This document shows positions 1-8,059 of a stretch of 32,581 nt of DNA, in pieces. Where the stretch lies: assembly GCA_048941015.1 (NCBI GenBank), contig JBHLNZ010000033.1, forward strand, positions 1 through 32,581, given 5' to 3'. This DNA comes from Promethearchaeota archaeon (GTDB lineage: Archaea > Asgardarchaeota > Lokiarchaeia > Sigyniarchaeales > SOKP01). A program made the position numbers and the translations under genes. The stretch's first letter is position 1. Each line of letters opens with the position of its first letter. The notes under the pieces were generated by a model. That model was not told the origin of the DNA. It saw only the letters and a list, made by a program, of their open reading frames with translations, and ran no database searches.

Positions 1-695
1 GTTGTTAATTCACCACTGGAAATACCAAAAGTTGTTATTAGTAAAGTTTGAAGAGTTGTATTTGTAACTGCTTCGAGCCAGATCAGGATACCATCCATAT
101 TTACAAAAGTATAAGCATTTGCTTCATTCCATAAATTTATAGTCTCAGTAAGTGAAAGGCCACTGGGACTTGGCAATCCTACTTCGAAATATGGAGCTCC
201 TGCAAAAGCGGCACTAAGTTCACTTAAAAATCCACCAGGTAAAACTGCTGCTCCCTGTATTGTACCATTAGCCCATTGTTCATAAAATGCGAGTTGTGCT
301 AGTTCTGGTACTGTATAACCTGTTTCATCGAAAAGTAATAGTGGAACGAGATTCGTCATAAAGTTCCCTAACCAACCTAATAGTATCGGTAATTGCATTC
401 CAGTGAGGGAAAAAGCTCCGCTTAAATAACCTTGAAGAGTCCCATTTCCTTGCATTGCACCAACCCATATTAATATCCCGCTATCATTCACAAAGGAAAA
501 AGAATTTGAATCATCCCATAGATCCATACATATCGGTACCGTTATGTTAGTGGGAGTTGGAACGCCTGCTTCAAGACCCTTGGTATCTGGTGGTAGTGTA
601 TCCTTAAAGAGGCTTAAATCAATTCCATCTTCAACAACGGATCCATTTGCCCATTGAGAGTAAAATACTAATTCAGCATATTGTTCTATCGTATA
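1..695 (-). repeat. Two ~126-aa internal protein repeats
   Basis: YTIEQYAELVFYSQWANGSV...GLEAGVPTPTNITVPICMDLWDDSNSFSFVNDSGILIWVGA versus YTVPELAQLAFYEQWANGTI...YFEVGLPSPSGLSLTETINLWNEANAYTFVNMDGILIWLEA. The Trp codons at 653 and 275 are 378 nt apart. Confidence 0.85.
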
Positions 696-1448
696 CGGTG
701 GTGAATAACCTGCTTTTACTATAACCTCCCATAGATAATCACTAATATAATTAGCAAGAGCTCCAAGTTGAGTCCATGTAGCATTGTAATAGTATTGCAT
801 AGTTGCATTTAATGTTTGATCGCCTAAAGTTACATTAAGACAGAGTTCCATATAACCCAATAGACCTGTGCCTAATTCAAGATCTGTAATTAATCCTGGT
901 AAAGGCCCCACACCATATAATAAATTATTTTGAGCAGTTACAGTATAACCAAGAGTAAATGCATCAAAGTCTCCGTATAGCGTATCATAATAGTCTGAAA
1001 CTCCTTGAGGAGTGCCGTAATCTGCTTGAAAGGTAGGACTATTAAAAAATTGTTCTTTAGCAGCAACTAAACCAATGTATAAAGCGACACCATCAATTGT
1101 TTGATTTATCGCTTGAGCTGCTCCTGAACCATTAATGATTAGTGGTAGTTGTCCTACAGCTTCATCTTTGAGACCATCTAAGACTGCAGGTGTTGCTAGA
1201 ACGGGCAATTGTTCTTCTAACGTAGTAAGTGCTTCTGCTTCAATACCCAAAAGTACATCTGGTGTACCTAAAGGAGGTAACTGTTCTTCCAAGGCTGGAA
1301 CAGCTTCGTCTTGAATACTTAAAAGAGCTTCAGGAACTCCTTCAGCAACTTGATTGACAATCATTTGATTTAAAGTGTATCCTGTTGGTACTAAACCAAT
1401 GCCAACAGCGAGTAAAATTATTCCTATTATTAATTTAGATTTCGACAT
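1..1448 (-). CDS. Membrane-anchored extracellular repeat glycoprotein (5' part only; runs off the window edge); possible CD36/LIMP-2-like luminal repeats
   Basis: Not in the ORF track because there is no stop in the window. Manual translation from ATG at 1448 is open for 482 codons: MSKSKLIIGIILLAVGIGLVPTGYTLNQMIVNQVAEGVPEALLSIQ... It has an N-terminal hydrophobic anchor, 11 N-x-S/T sequons, 24-aa repeats and two ~126-aa FYxQWANG(S/T) repeats. Confidence 0.9.
   Translation of the reverse strand, partial: MSKSKLIIGIILLAVGIGLVPTGYTLNQMIVNQVAEGVPEALLSIQDEAVPALEEQLPPLGTPDVLLGIEAEALTTLEEQLPVLATPAVLDGLKDEAVGQLPLIINGSGAAQAINQTIDGVALYIGLVAAKEQFFNSPTFQADYGTPQGVSDYYDTLYGDFDAFTLGYTVTAQNNLLYGVGPLPGLITDLELGTGLLGYMELCLNVTLGDQTLNATMQYYYNATWTQLGALANYISDYLWEVIVKAGYSPPYTIEQYAELVFYSQWANGSVVEDGIDLSLFKDTLPPDTKGLEAGVPTPTNITVPICMDLWDDSNSFSFVNDSGILIWVGAMQGNGTLQGYLSGAFSLTGMQLPILLGWLGNFMTNLVPLLLFDETGYTVPELAQLAFYEQWANGTIQGAAVLPGGFLSELSAAFAGAPYFEVGLPSPSGLSLTETINLWNEANAYTFVNMDGILIWLEAVTNTTLQTLLITTFGISSGELT
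1134..1337 (-). repeat. About three tandem 24-aa amphipathic repeats in the N-terminal region of the edge protein
   Basis: VPEALLSIQDEAVPALEEQLPPLG / TPDVLLGIEAEALTTLEEQLPVLA / TPAVLDGLKDEAVGQLPLII. Confidence 0.8.
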
Positions 1449-1531
1449 AATTAATATTTTAACGGTGATTTATTTAAAAGTTATCATAAAATGAAAAAAA
1501 AATTTGCATTTCTTTCTTTTATCGTTTTGTA

Positions 1532-1741
1532 TTATTTACTAAAGTTTTCAATTTCTATAAAATCTCCAACGCTTTCACCACCAAGTACAATTGTAATATC
1601 TTTAATTCCTGATTTAATAAGTGTTTTAATGACCTTATATAGCATTGGCTCATTAAAAACAGGTAAGAGATGCTTATTTGTTACTTTTGTCAAAGGAGAT
1701 AATCGAGATCCCGTCCCTCCAGCTAGAATTAATCCCTTAAT
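1532..1741 (-). pseudogene. Truncated sugar-1-phosphate nucleotidyltransferase (RmlA/SpsI-like), N-terminal ~69 codons only
   Basis: The minus strand reads (ATT)KGLILAGGTGSRLSPLTKVTNKHLLPVFNEPMLYKVIKTLIKSGIKDITIVLGGESVGDFIEIENFSK*. The GxGxRL...K motif is canonical, the first codon is ATT with in-frame stops just upstream, and it ends far short of the usual family length of about 240-290 aa. Confidence 0.85.
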
Positions 1742-1846
1742 TTGTTATCACATTCATTTATAATTGATAAATTTATAATCGAAATGTGGCGATTTTAATA
1801 ACATTAAATTTTTAATAAAAATTTATTTTTTTATTAGTGAATCTTT

Positions 1847-3757
1847 TTGGATGAGTCAATAATTTATTTAATTCAGATATTTTGCATTTTTCTACTATTT
1901 TTTTCCATTATTTCCGGATTTGGAGGTATATTTAATTATTTCTTTCAAAAATGGAGTAAAATAAAATGGAACTTATCATTGCTTGAGAATATTCTAATAT
2001 CCTTTACAATTGGAATTATTTTTTACATCCAATTCGGATATCTTCTTACATTTTTCAGAATGTTTAATTTTTTTACAGCTTATCTACCGATTATCATTTT
2101 AACTTCAATGTTCTTAATTTTTTTAATTAAAAAAAAAATAATTCAGAAGATTTTTGTATCAATCAAACATAAAATAGAATCTAATAAAAAGGATTATTTG
2201 ATTAATATTTTAATTCTTTTTGGAATATTTATTTTTCAATTTATATCTTTCTTTCCTTTTGTAAATGAAACATCCGCTTTGTTAGCGGCAGATCCTTACT
2301 ATTGGACTGAAAATGTACTTTATCTTAATAATTATGGATTAATTAACACTGAGATAATGGGACCAAAATATCCATGGGGATTTGTCATTTATTGTTCAGG
2401 TAATTTATTAGGATTTCAAGATTTTGGAATTTCATATTATTTTATGAAATTTTCATTTTTTCCTTTTATCATGATATATTCTCTAATAATGTTTTCAATT
2501 TCTCAAAGATTATTTAAAAGCAAATTTGCGACTTTTTTCTGCCTATTATTAATTATTTCACAAAGTTATTTCATATATCGCGTAATTCAATTTATTTCAT
2601 CAAGCCTTGCAATACTATTAATTTTTTTATCATTTGTTGTACTTTTAACAGATATTCCAAATTACTTTCTTGGTATAATCTTATCAACTATATTTTTAAC
2701 CAATCCAGTATATTCATTTTTTTTTATACTCGCATTGGGGATTTTCTATCTAATAAAAATGATTATTTCTTATAAGACATATAAAATCATTTTAAAAGAA
2801 ATTATTCAGGTTATGATTTTATCAATAATCTGTTTAATTGTTTATGTTTATAGTGTAATTGTAATATATAATCAGGATCTTTTTACCATTATTAAATCTT
2901 TTATCGAGGGTTTCAACACAGGACTATCTATTACTCTTTCCTCTTTTATAGGAAGTTTTCAGCCATATCAATTAATTATTATTAATATACTCTTAGAGGG
3001 CTTATATGTTATTTTTTTTTCAGTATTACCCGTTATAAGTATCATTTTTCTAATTAAAAATCGTAAAGTTACGGTTAATAATGATTTTAATTTGTTTTTG
3101 ATTATTTGTGTAATTTTAGTTGGTATTTTTGTTTTAATATTACCCCATTTTTTATACTCGCGTTTAATTTTAATTTTTTATAATAGAATTGCTGAAGCTT
3201 TTTTACCAAGTATCGTAATTTTAGCAGGATATTCATTGAGATGGTTAAGTTTACTGTTCAAGAAAATAAAAGAAAAGATAAACTTAACTTTTTTTAAAAA
3301 TAATAGGAAAACTCAGAGAAATAATTCGAAATTAAGGGATTCTAAACATTTCTACATTATAATGTGTATAGGGATATCATTATTGATGTTAAATCATTTT
3401 TATGCTCGTGAAAATGTGTATATAGATTATCGATGGGATGATTCTATTATTGATTGCATCTTTTATATTCAAAATAATATTGAAAAAGAGTCAAACATCG
3501 CAATCAATGAAAATGACGAAACTTTTTCGCCTAATAATTTGCTTTTTGATTATGAATTGTATTTAATTCCCACAAATATTAGTTTAACTTTCTCTGAATT
3601 CATAAATTTTACAGAAGGAAATTCAATCGAATATTTAGTCATAAATTTATCCTTTTATAACGAAAACTTTACCATAGAATTTCAAAATTCTACTTCATTT
3701 TACAAATTAACTAGCGGAAATCTTTCAACAGATTTTAATTTATATGAGGTTTCTTAA
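1847..3757 (+). CDS. Polytopic membrane protein, probable GT-C fold glycosyltransferase
   Basis: 636 aa with more than 12 hydrophobic segments. The loop motif ADPYYW followed by YPWG is typical of a GT-C first external loop. The C-terminal soluble domain carries several sequons. TTG start; no WWDYG motif. Confidence 0.6.
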   Translation: MDESIIYLIQIFCIFLLFFSIISGFGGIFNYFFQKWSKIKWNLSLLENILISFTIGIIFYIQFGYLLTFFRMFNFFTAYLPIIILTSMFLIFLIKKKIIQKIFVSIKHKIESNKKDYLINILILFGIFIFQFISFFPFVNETSALLAADPYYWTENVLYLNNYGLINTEIMGPKYPWGFVIYCSGNLLGFQDFGISYYFMKFSFFPFIMIYSLIMFSISQRLFKSKFATFFCLLLIISQSYFIYRVIQFISSSLAILLIFLSFVVLLTDIPNYFLGIILSTIFLTNPVYSFFFILALGIFYLIKMIISYKTYKIILKEIIQVMILSIICLIVYVYSVIVIYNQDLFTIIKSFIEGFNTGLSITLSSFIGSFQPYQLIIINILLEGLYVIFFSVLPVISIIFLIKNRKVTVNNDFNLFLIICVILVGIFVLILPHFLYSRLILIFYNRIAEAFLPSIVILAGYSLRWLSLLFKKIKEKINLTFFKNNRKTQRNNSKLRDSKHFYIIMCIGISLLMLNHFYARENVYIDYRWDDSIIDCIFYIQNNIEKESNIAINENDETFSPNNLLFDYELYLIPTNISLTFSEFINFTEGNSIEYLVINLSFYNENFTIEFQNSTSFYKLTSGNLSTDFNLYEVS

Positions 3758-3839
3758 AAATAGGATTAAACTGAAATTTAGATTAATTTTTAATTATTTC
3801 TGACTTTCTCTAATTTAAAAGACTATTCTAAAAAAAACA

Positions 3840-4943
3840 ATGTCAAAAATTATTTATTTTGTTGCTGGTGCAAGACCTAATTTCATGAAGATTGCTCCTT
3901 TAATTTCAGAGATGAAAAAAGTTAGCTTAAAATTTAAATTAATTCATACTGGTCAGCATTATGATTATAATATGTCAAAAGTCTTTTTTGACACGCTAGG
4001 AATTCCTGAACCCGATTTCCATTTGGAAGCTGGCTCTGGAAGTCATGCGGTTCAGACTGCTAAAATTATGATTGAATTTGAAAAATTATTAATGAAGGAA
4101 AAACCAATCTTAGTTGTAGTGGTTGGTGATGTTAATTCTACGATTGCATGTGCTTTAGTTGCCAAAAAATTGTTTATAGATGTAGCTCATGTTGAGGCAG
4201 GTTTAAGAAGTTTTGATACAAGTATGCCTGAAGAGCTTAATAGATTATTAACAGATCAAATTTCTGATCTTTTATTTATTACAGAGAAAAGCGCTGAAGT
4301 TAATTTAAAGAGAGAGGGAGTTGATCAAAATAAAGTATACTTTGTAGGGAATGTAATGATAGACACATTAATAAGTAATATAGAAAAATCAAAAAAATTA
4401 GACTTTTATAAGAAATTCAATATTAAAATCAAATCGTATGCTTTGGTAACAATTCATAGACCATCGAATGTTGACAATAAGGAAGATTTACTTAAGATTG
4501 TAGAAATTTTAACATATATTAGCCATAAAATTAAAGTTATCTTCCCGATTCATCCCAGAACCAAAAAAAGTCTAATTAAACATGATCTTTTAAATAAATT
4601 GGATAAGGAAAATGTTATTTTAATTGATCCTGTAGGTTATTTAGATTTTTTAAATTTAATGTATAATGCAAAATTTATTCTAACCGATTCTGGTGGTATT
4701 CAAGAAGAAGCATCATATTTGAAAATCCCAATTTTAACCATGCGTAAAAATACAGAAAGGCCAATAACCATCGAAAAAGGTACAAACACAATAGTTGGGA
4801 ATAACTTAGAAAAAATTAAAAAAAATATAGATGATATTTTTTCTAATAGTTATAAAATAGGACAAGAGATTGAAAAATGGGATGGATTTGCAGCTAAGAG
4901 AATTATAGAAATCATTAAGAAAGTATATTTTAATGAAAACTGA
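3840..4943 (+). CDS. wecB: UDP-N-acetylglucosamine 2-epimerase (non-hydrolysing)
   Basis: Motifs GARPNFMK, HTGQHYD, VGDVNST, HVEAGLRSFD..MPEELNR, TDSGGIQEEA and TERP. Confidence 0.93.
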   Translation: MSKIIYFVAGARPNFMKIAPLISEMKKVSLKFKLIHTGQHYDYNMSKVFFDTLGIPEPDFHLEAGSGSHAVQTAKIMIEFEKLLMKEKPILVVVVGDVNSTIACALVAKKLFIDVAHVEAGLRSFDTSMPEELNRLLTDQISDLLFITEKSAEVNLKREGVDQNKVYFVGNVMIDTLISNIEKSKKLDFYKKFNIKIKSYALVTIHRPSNVDNKEDLLKIVEILTYISHKIKVIFPIHPRTKKSLIKHDLLNKLDKENVILIDPVGYLDFLNLMYNAKFILTDSGGIQEEASYLKIPILTMRKNTERPITIEKGTNTIVGNNLEKIKKNIDDIFSNSYKIGQEIEKWDGFAAKRIIEIIKKVYFNEN

Positions 4944-4993
4944 ATTGATTGGACTCAATTATAAATTTATCATAGTCATTATAGGTAATCAAT

Positions 4994-6217
4994 ATGAAAT
5001 TACAACTCGAAAAATATTCCTTTGTTAGAAAAAGTAAATTTTATCGCTTTTTCAGAGATATAATATTTCCTTTTGGTTTGAAAATCATTTCAAAAGTATT
5101 TAGCGATAAAATTGACGAGAAACTAATAATTATGGGAGGATATGGGGGAAATATTTATCTTGATAACACTAAGTATCTTTTTGAGTATCTTAATCAAATT
5201 TCAGATTATAAAGTTGTGTGGGTTGCAAAATCAAGGAAATTAGTAAAAGAACTTAAGCGAAAAGGGTATAATGCGATTCATATGTTAAATTTTATAACAA
5301 TTAAATGGCTAAGAAAAGCAAAATTTATTTTTTTTACCCATGGTATTTATGATGTTCTACCAATTGAATTTTCACCAAAAACAACCATTGTCCTGACATG
5401 GCATGGGACTCCGATAAAGAAAATAATTTTTGATGAAGATCTTGAATTTTTAACCTATACAAAATGGGGAAAGTATTTTAGATTAAAATTGAGATATAAC
5501 GATTATCTTAATTATATTCTAACTCCAACTAGAGATGAAAATGAGCATAGAATTTTAAGCTCAGCATTTAAAGTGCCAATTGACAAAATTCTCGCTTTAG
5601 GTTATCCGAGAAATGATATTTTATTTAATGAAGACAAAAATTTTATTAATGATTTAAAACAAAAATATCAAATTCCAGAGGATATTGAACGTGTAATATT
5701 ATATTGCCCTACTTTTAGGGATGATCATTCTTTAATGTTCTCAATTTCAATGAAAGATTTAAATGAATTAGAAAAATTGCTACGAGAAAAAAAATTACTT
5801 TTTCTATTAAAAGGGCATTATTTCATCCAAAATGTGAACTTTGATGAATATAAAAATATTAAAATAGTCCCTAAAGAGTCGGATATTCAAGAACTATACA
5901 TAATAACTGATATTCTTATCACAGATTATTCTTCAACAATGTTAGATTTTTCTTTATTGAATAGACCAATTTTACTATTTCCTTATGATTTTGATGAATA
6001 TAAAAAAGTTAGAGGGATGTATTATAATTTAGAAGATATTGCACCTGGACCATTAATCTTTACATTCCAAGAGCTTATCAATAATATTAGAGATATCGAG
6101 GATATTAATAAAAAATATGAGCAGAAACGCAATCTAATTAAAGAACGTTTCAATAAATATCTAGATGGTAAAACTAGTGAAAGAATTTTAGATTTTTTTA
6201 ATATAAGAAAAAGATAG
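4994..6217 (+). CDS. CDP-glycerol glycerophosphotransferase family protein (TagB/TagF-like); candidate phosphonyl transferase
   Basis: Motifs TWHGTPIKK, GYPRND, LYCPTFRD, ITDYSS.MLDF, FPYD..EY...RG.Y and DGKTSERI. It lies directly upstream of pepM. Confidence 0.9.
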   Translation: MKLQLEKYSFVRKSKFYRFFRDIIFPFGLKIISKVFSDKIDEKLIIMGGYGGNIYLDNTKYLFEYLNQISDYKVVWVAKSRKLVKELKRKGYNAIHMLNFITIKWLRKAKFIFFTHGIYDVLPIEFSPKTTIVLTWHGTPIKKIIFDEDLEFLTYTKWGKYFRLKLRYNDYLNYILTPTRDENEHRILSSAFKVPIDKILALGYPRNDILFNEDKNFINDLKQKYQIPEDIERVILYCPTFRDDHSLMFSISMKDLNELEKLLREKKLLFLLKGHYFIQNVNFDEYKNIKIVPKESDIQELYIITDILITDYSSTMLDFSLLNRPILLFPYDFDEYKKVRGMYYNLEDIAPGPLIFTFQELINNIRDIEDINKKYEQKRNLIKERFNKYLDGKTSERILDFFNIRKR

Positions 6218-6292
6218 TAGTTCTCAAGATTTAACTTTTCAAACCATCAATTAATCCCATTCAATATTTCCAACCAAAATTTTAAATAAAAG

Positions 6293-6302
6293 TTTTATAA
6301 AA
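6293..6302 (+). promoter_or_regulatory. Candidate archaeal TATA box for the phosphonate operon
   Basis: TTTTATAAAA preceded by purine-rich AATAAAAG, about 27-36 nt upstream of the pepM ATG. The AT-rich background makes this weak. Confidence 0.3.
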
Positions 6303-6328
6303 TAGAAATTTCCATTTTAATAGAAAAG

Positions 6329-8023
6329 ATGAGTTTAAAAAATAGAATTTCTCCCGAAGAAAGAAGAAAGTTATTAAAACGTTTACTTGAGCAAAAAAAA
6401 TTTATTAGAGCAATTGAAGCCCATAATGGTTTAAGTGCAATCATCGCAAATAATATTCATATAAAAGAAGGAAATGAAATTTACGAATTTGATGCTATTT
6501 GGGAGAGTAGCTTGACGGATAGTGCCGCAAAGGGATATCCCGATGCGGATATAATAGGTCCTGAATCAAGATATAACACAATTAGAGAGATTATCCATAG
6601 TTCAACAAAACCATTAATTGTTGATGGGGATACTGGTGGAGATGCTACCAGTTTTGAATATTTTGTAAGAGCCTTAGAAGATATGGGAGTCTCAATGGTA
6701 ATAATTGAAGATAAGACTTTTCCTAAAAGGAATAGTTTAGATCCTAAGTCTAAGCAAACTCAGGAGGATCCAAATACATTCACCGTAAAAATAGAAAGGG
6801 GTAAAAGTGTTCAATTATCTACTGAGTTTATGATCGCCGCCAGAATTGAAAGTTTTATCTCCGGAGCAGGTTTAGAAGATGCAATCTTTAGAGCTAAAAA
6901 GTATTTAAATGCGGGAGCTGATGCTATTATGATTCATTCTAAAAAAGATAATGCTGAAGATATCTTTAATTTTGCGCAAGAATATCATAAACTTTTAGAT
7001 GAATTAGAAGTGAAAAAACCTTTAATATGTGTTCCGACAACATATAATACCGTTTATGAAAATCAACTAAGAGAAAAGGGCTTCAATATTGTTATTTATG
7101 CAAATCATTTATTACGCGCAGCACATAAAGTAATGCGAGAAACAGCTTTAAATATTTTGAAAAGTAAAAGAGCATTCGAAGCAGAATCCTTATGTACTCC
7201 TATAAATACGATTTTTGAAGACGTGGGTTTTATTGAGGTAAGAGAAAAAGATTTAAAATATAAGAGAGGAAAAATTCGTACTATTATCCCTGCTGCGGGT
7301 AAAGATATCAATTTTGATATACCAAAAGCTTTAATAAAAATTAAAGGGAAAGAAATTTTATTAAGGCAGAAAGACAACTTGAAAAATTGTGGTATTGAAG
7401 ATATTACAGTTATTAAAGGATACAAGAAAGAACTAATCAATCTTGAAGGATTTAAATATATTATTAATAATGATTATGAAGATACTCATATATTACATTC
7501 TTTATTTAAAGCTGAAGAAGACATGGTCAATGGATTTATATATTTAAACTCTGATATCTTATTTGACCAACAAGTCATTGAAAATCTTTTAAATGTTAAA
7601 CATGACATTGTTTTAGTAGTTGATAATTCATATACATACCATAAACATGATTTAGATAAAAAACTTGATTTAGTTTTAGCAAAAAATAAACCTAGTGCAG
7701 AACATAGAATGCTGCATTTAAAGGAAAATGAAGCAATACGAATTGGAAAGACTATCGATAAAAATATGGCAGATTATGAATATGTTGGAATTGCTTACTT
7801 TTCTGAATATGGAGCGAATATTATACGGAAAATTTATCATGAATCTAAGATGAGCCATATGGGAAGGTTTCACGAAGCAGAATCATTTGAAAAAGCTTCA
7901 TTTACTGATTTTATTCAAGAAGTGATTGATCGAGGATTTAGAGTTAGTTTGTTGGAAGTTCATAAAGGATGGTATGAAATACATAATAAAAAAGATGTTG
8001 AAATAGTTGAAAAGCTATTTTAA
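6329..8023 (+). CDS. pepM: Phosphoenolpyruvate mutase fused to a C-terminal nucleotidyltransferase (PntC/LicC-like) domain
   Basis: Diagnostic EDKxxxxxNS motif (EDKTFPKRNS) plus EAHNGLSA, VDGDTGG, ARIES, GADAIMIHS, VPTTY and VIYANHLLRA. The C-terminal NTP-transferase fold starts at about aa 316 (IIPAAG...PKALI, GYKKE, SDILF, GWYEIH). Confidence 0.96.
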   Translation: MSLKNRISPEERRKLLKRLLEQKKFIRAIEAHNGLSAIIANNIHIKEGNEIYEFDAIWESSLTDSAAKGYPDADIIGPESRYNTIREIIHSSTKPLIVDGDTGGDATSFEYFVRALEDMGVSMVIIEDKTFPKRNSLDPKSKQTQEDPNTFTVKIERGKSVQLSTEFMIAARIESFISGAGLEDAIFRAKKYLNAGADAIMIHSKKDNAEDIFNFAQEYHKLLDELEVKKPLICVPTTYNTVYENQLREKGFNIVIYANHLLRAAHKVMRETALNILKSKRAFEAESLCTPINTIFEDVGFIEVREKDLKYKRGKIRTIIPAAGKDINFDIPKALIKIKGKEILLRQKDNLKNCGIEDITVIKGYKKELINLEGFKYIINNDYEDTHILHSLFKAEEDMVNGFIYLNSDILFDQQVIENLLNVKHDIVLVVDNSYTYHKHDLDKKLDLVLAKNKPSAEHRMLHLKENEAIRIGKTIDKNMADYEYVGIAYFSEYGANIIRKIYHESKMSHMGRFHEAESFEKASFTDFIQEVIDRGFRVSLLEVHKGWYEIHNKKDVEIVEKLF

Positions 8024-8059
8024 GAATAACTTAAATGTAATTTAATTGTTTAAATTTTA

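Noticed and set aside
1491-1763. 90-aa plus-strand ORF from the ORF track
   Set aside because: It is the antisense shadow of the RmlA-like fragment on the minus strand, which carries the recognisable motif.
1847-3757. AglB/STT3 oligosaccharyltransferase
   Set aside because: It lacks the WWDYG motif and has only a small C-terminal domain.
4994-6217. Wall teichoic acid biosynthesis operon
   Set aside because: No tagA, tagD, tagO, tagGH or LCP ligase genes are present. Only the transferase fold is there.
6329-7270. Isocitrate lyase or methylisocitrate lyase assignment
   Set aside because: It has the PepM-specific EDKxxxxxNS motif rather than KKCGH/KRCGH, and it neighbours ppd.
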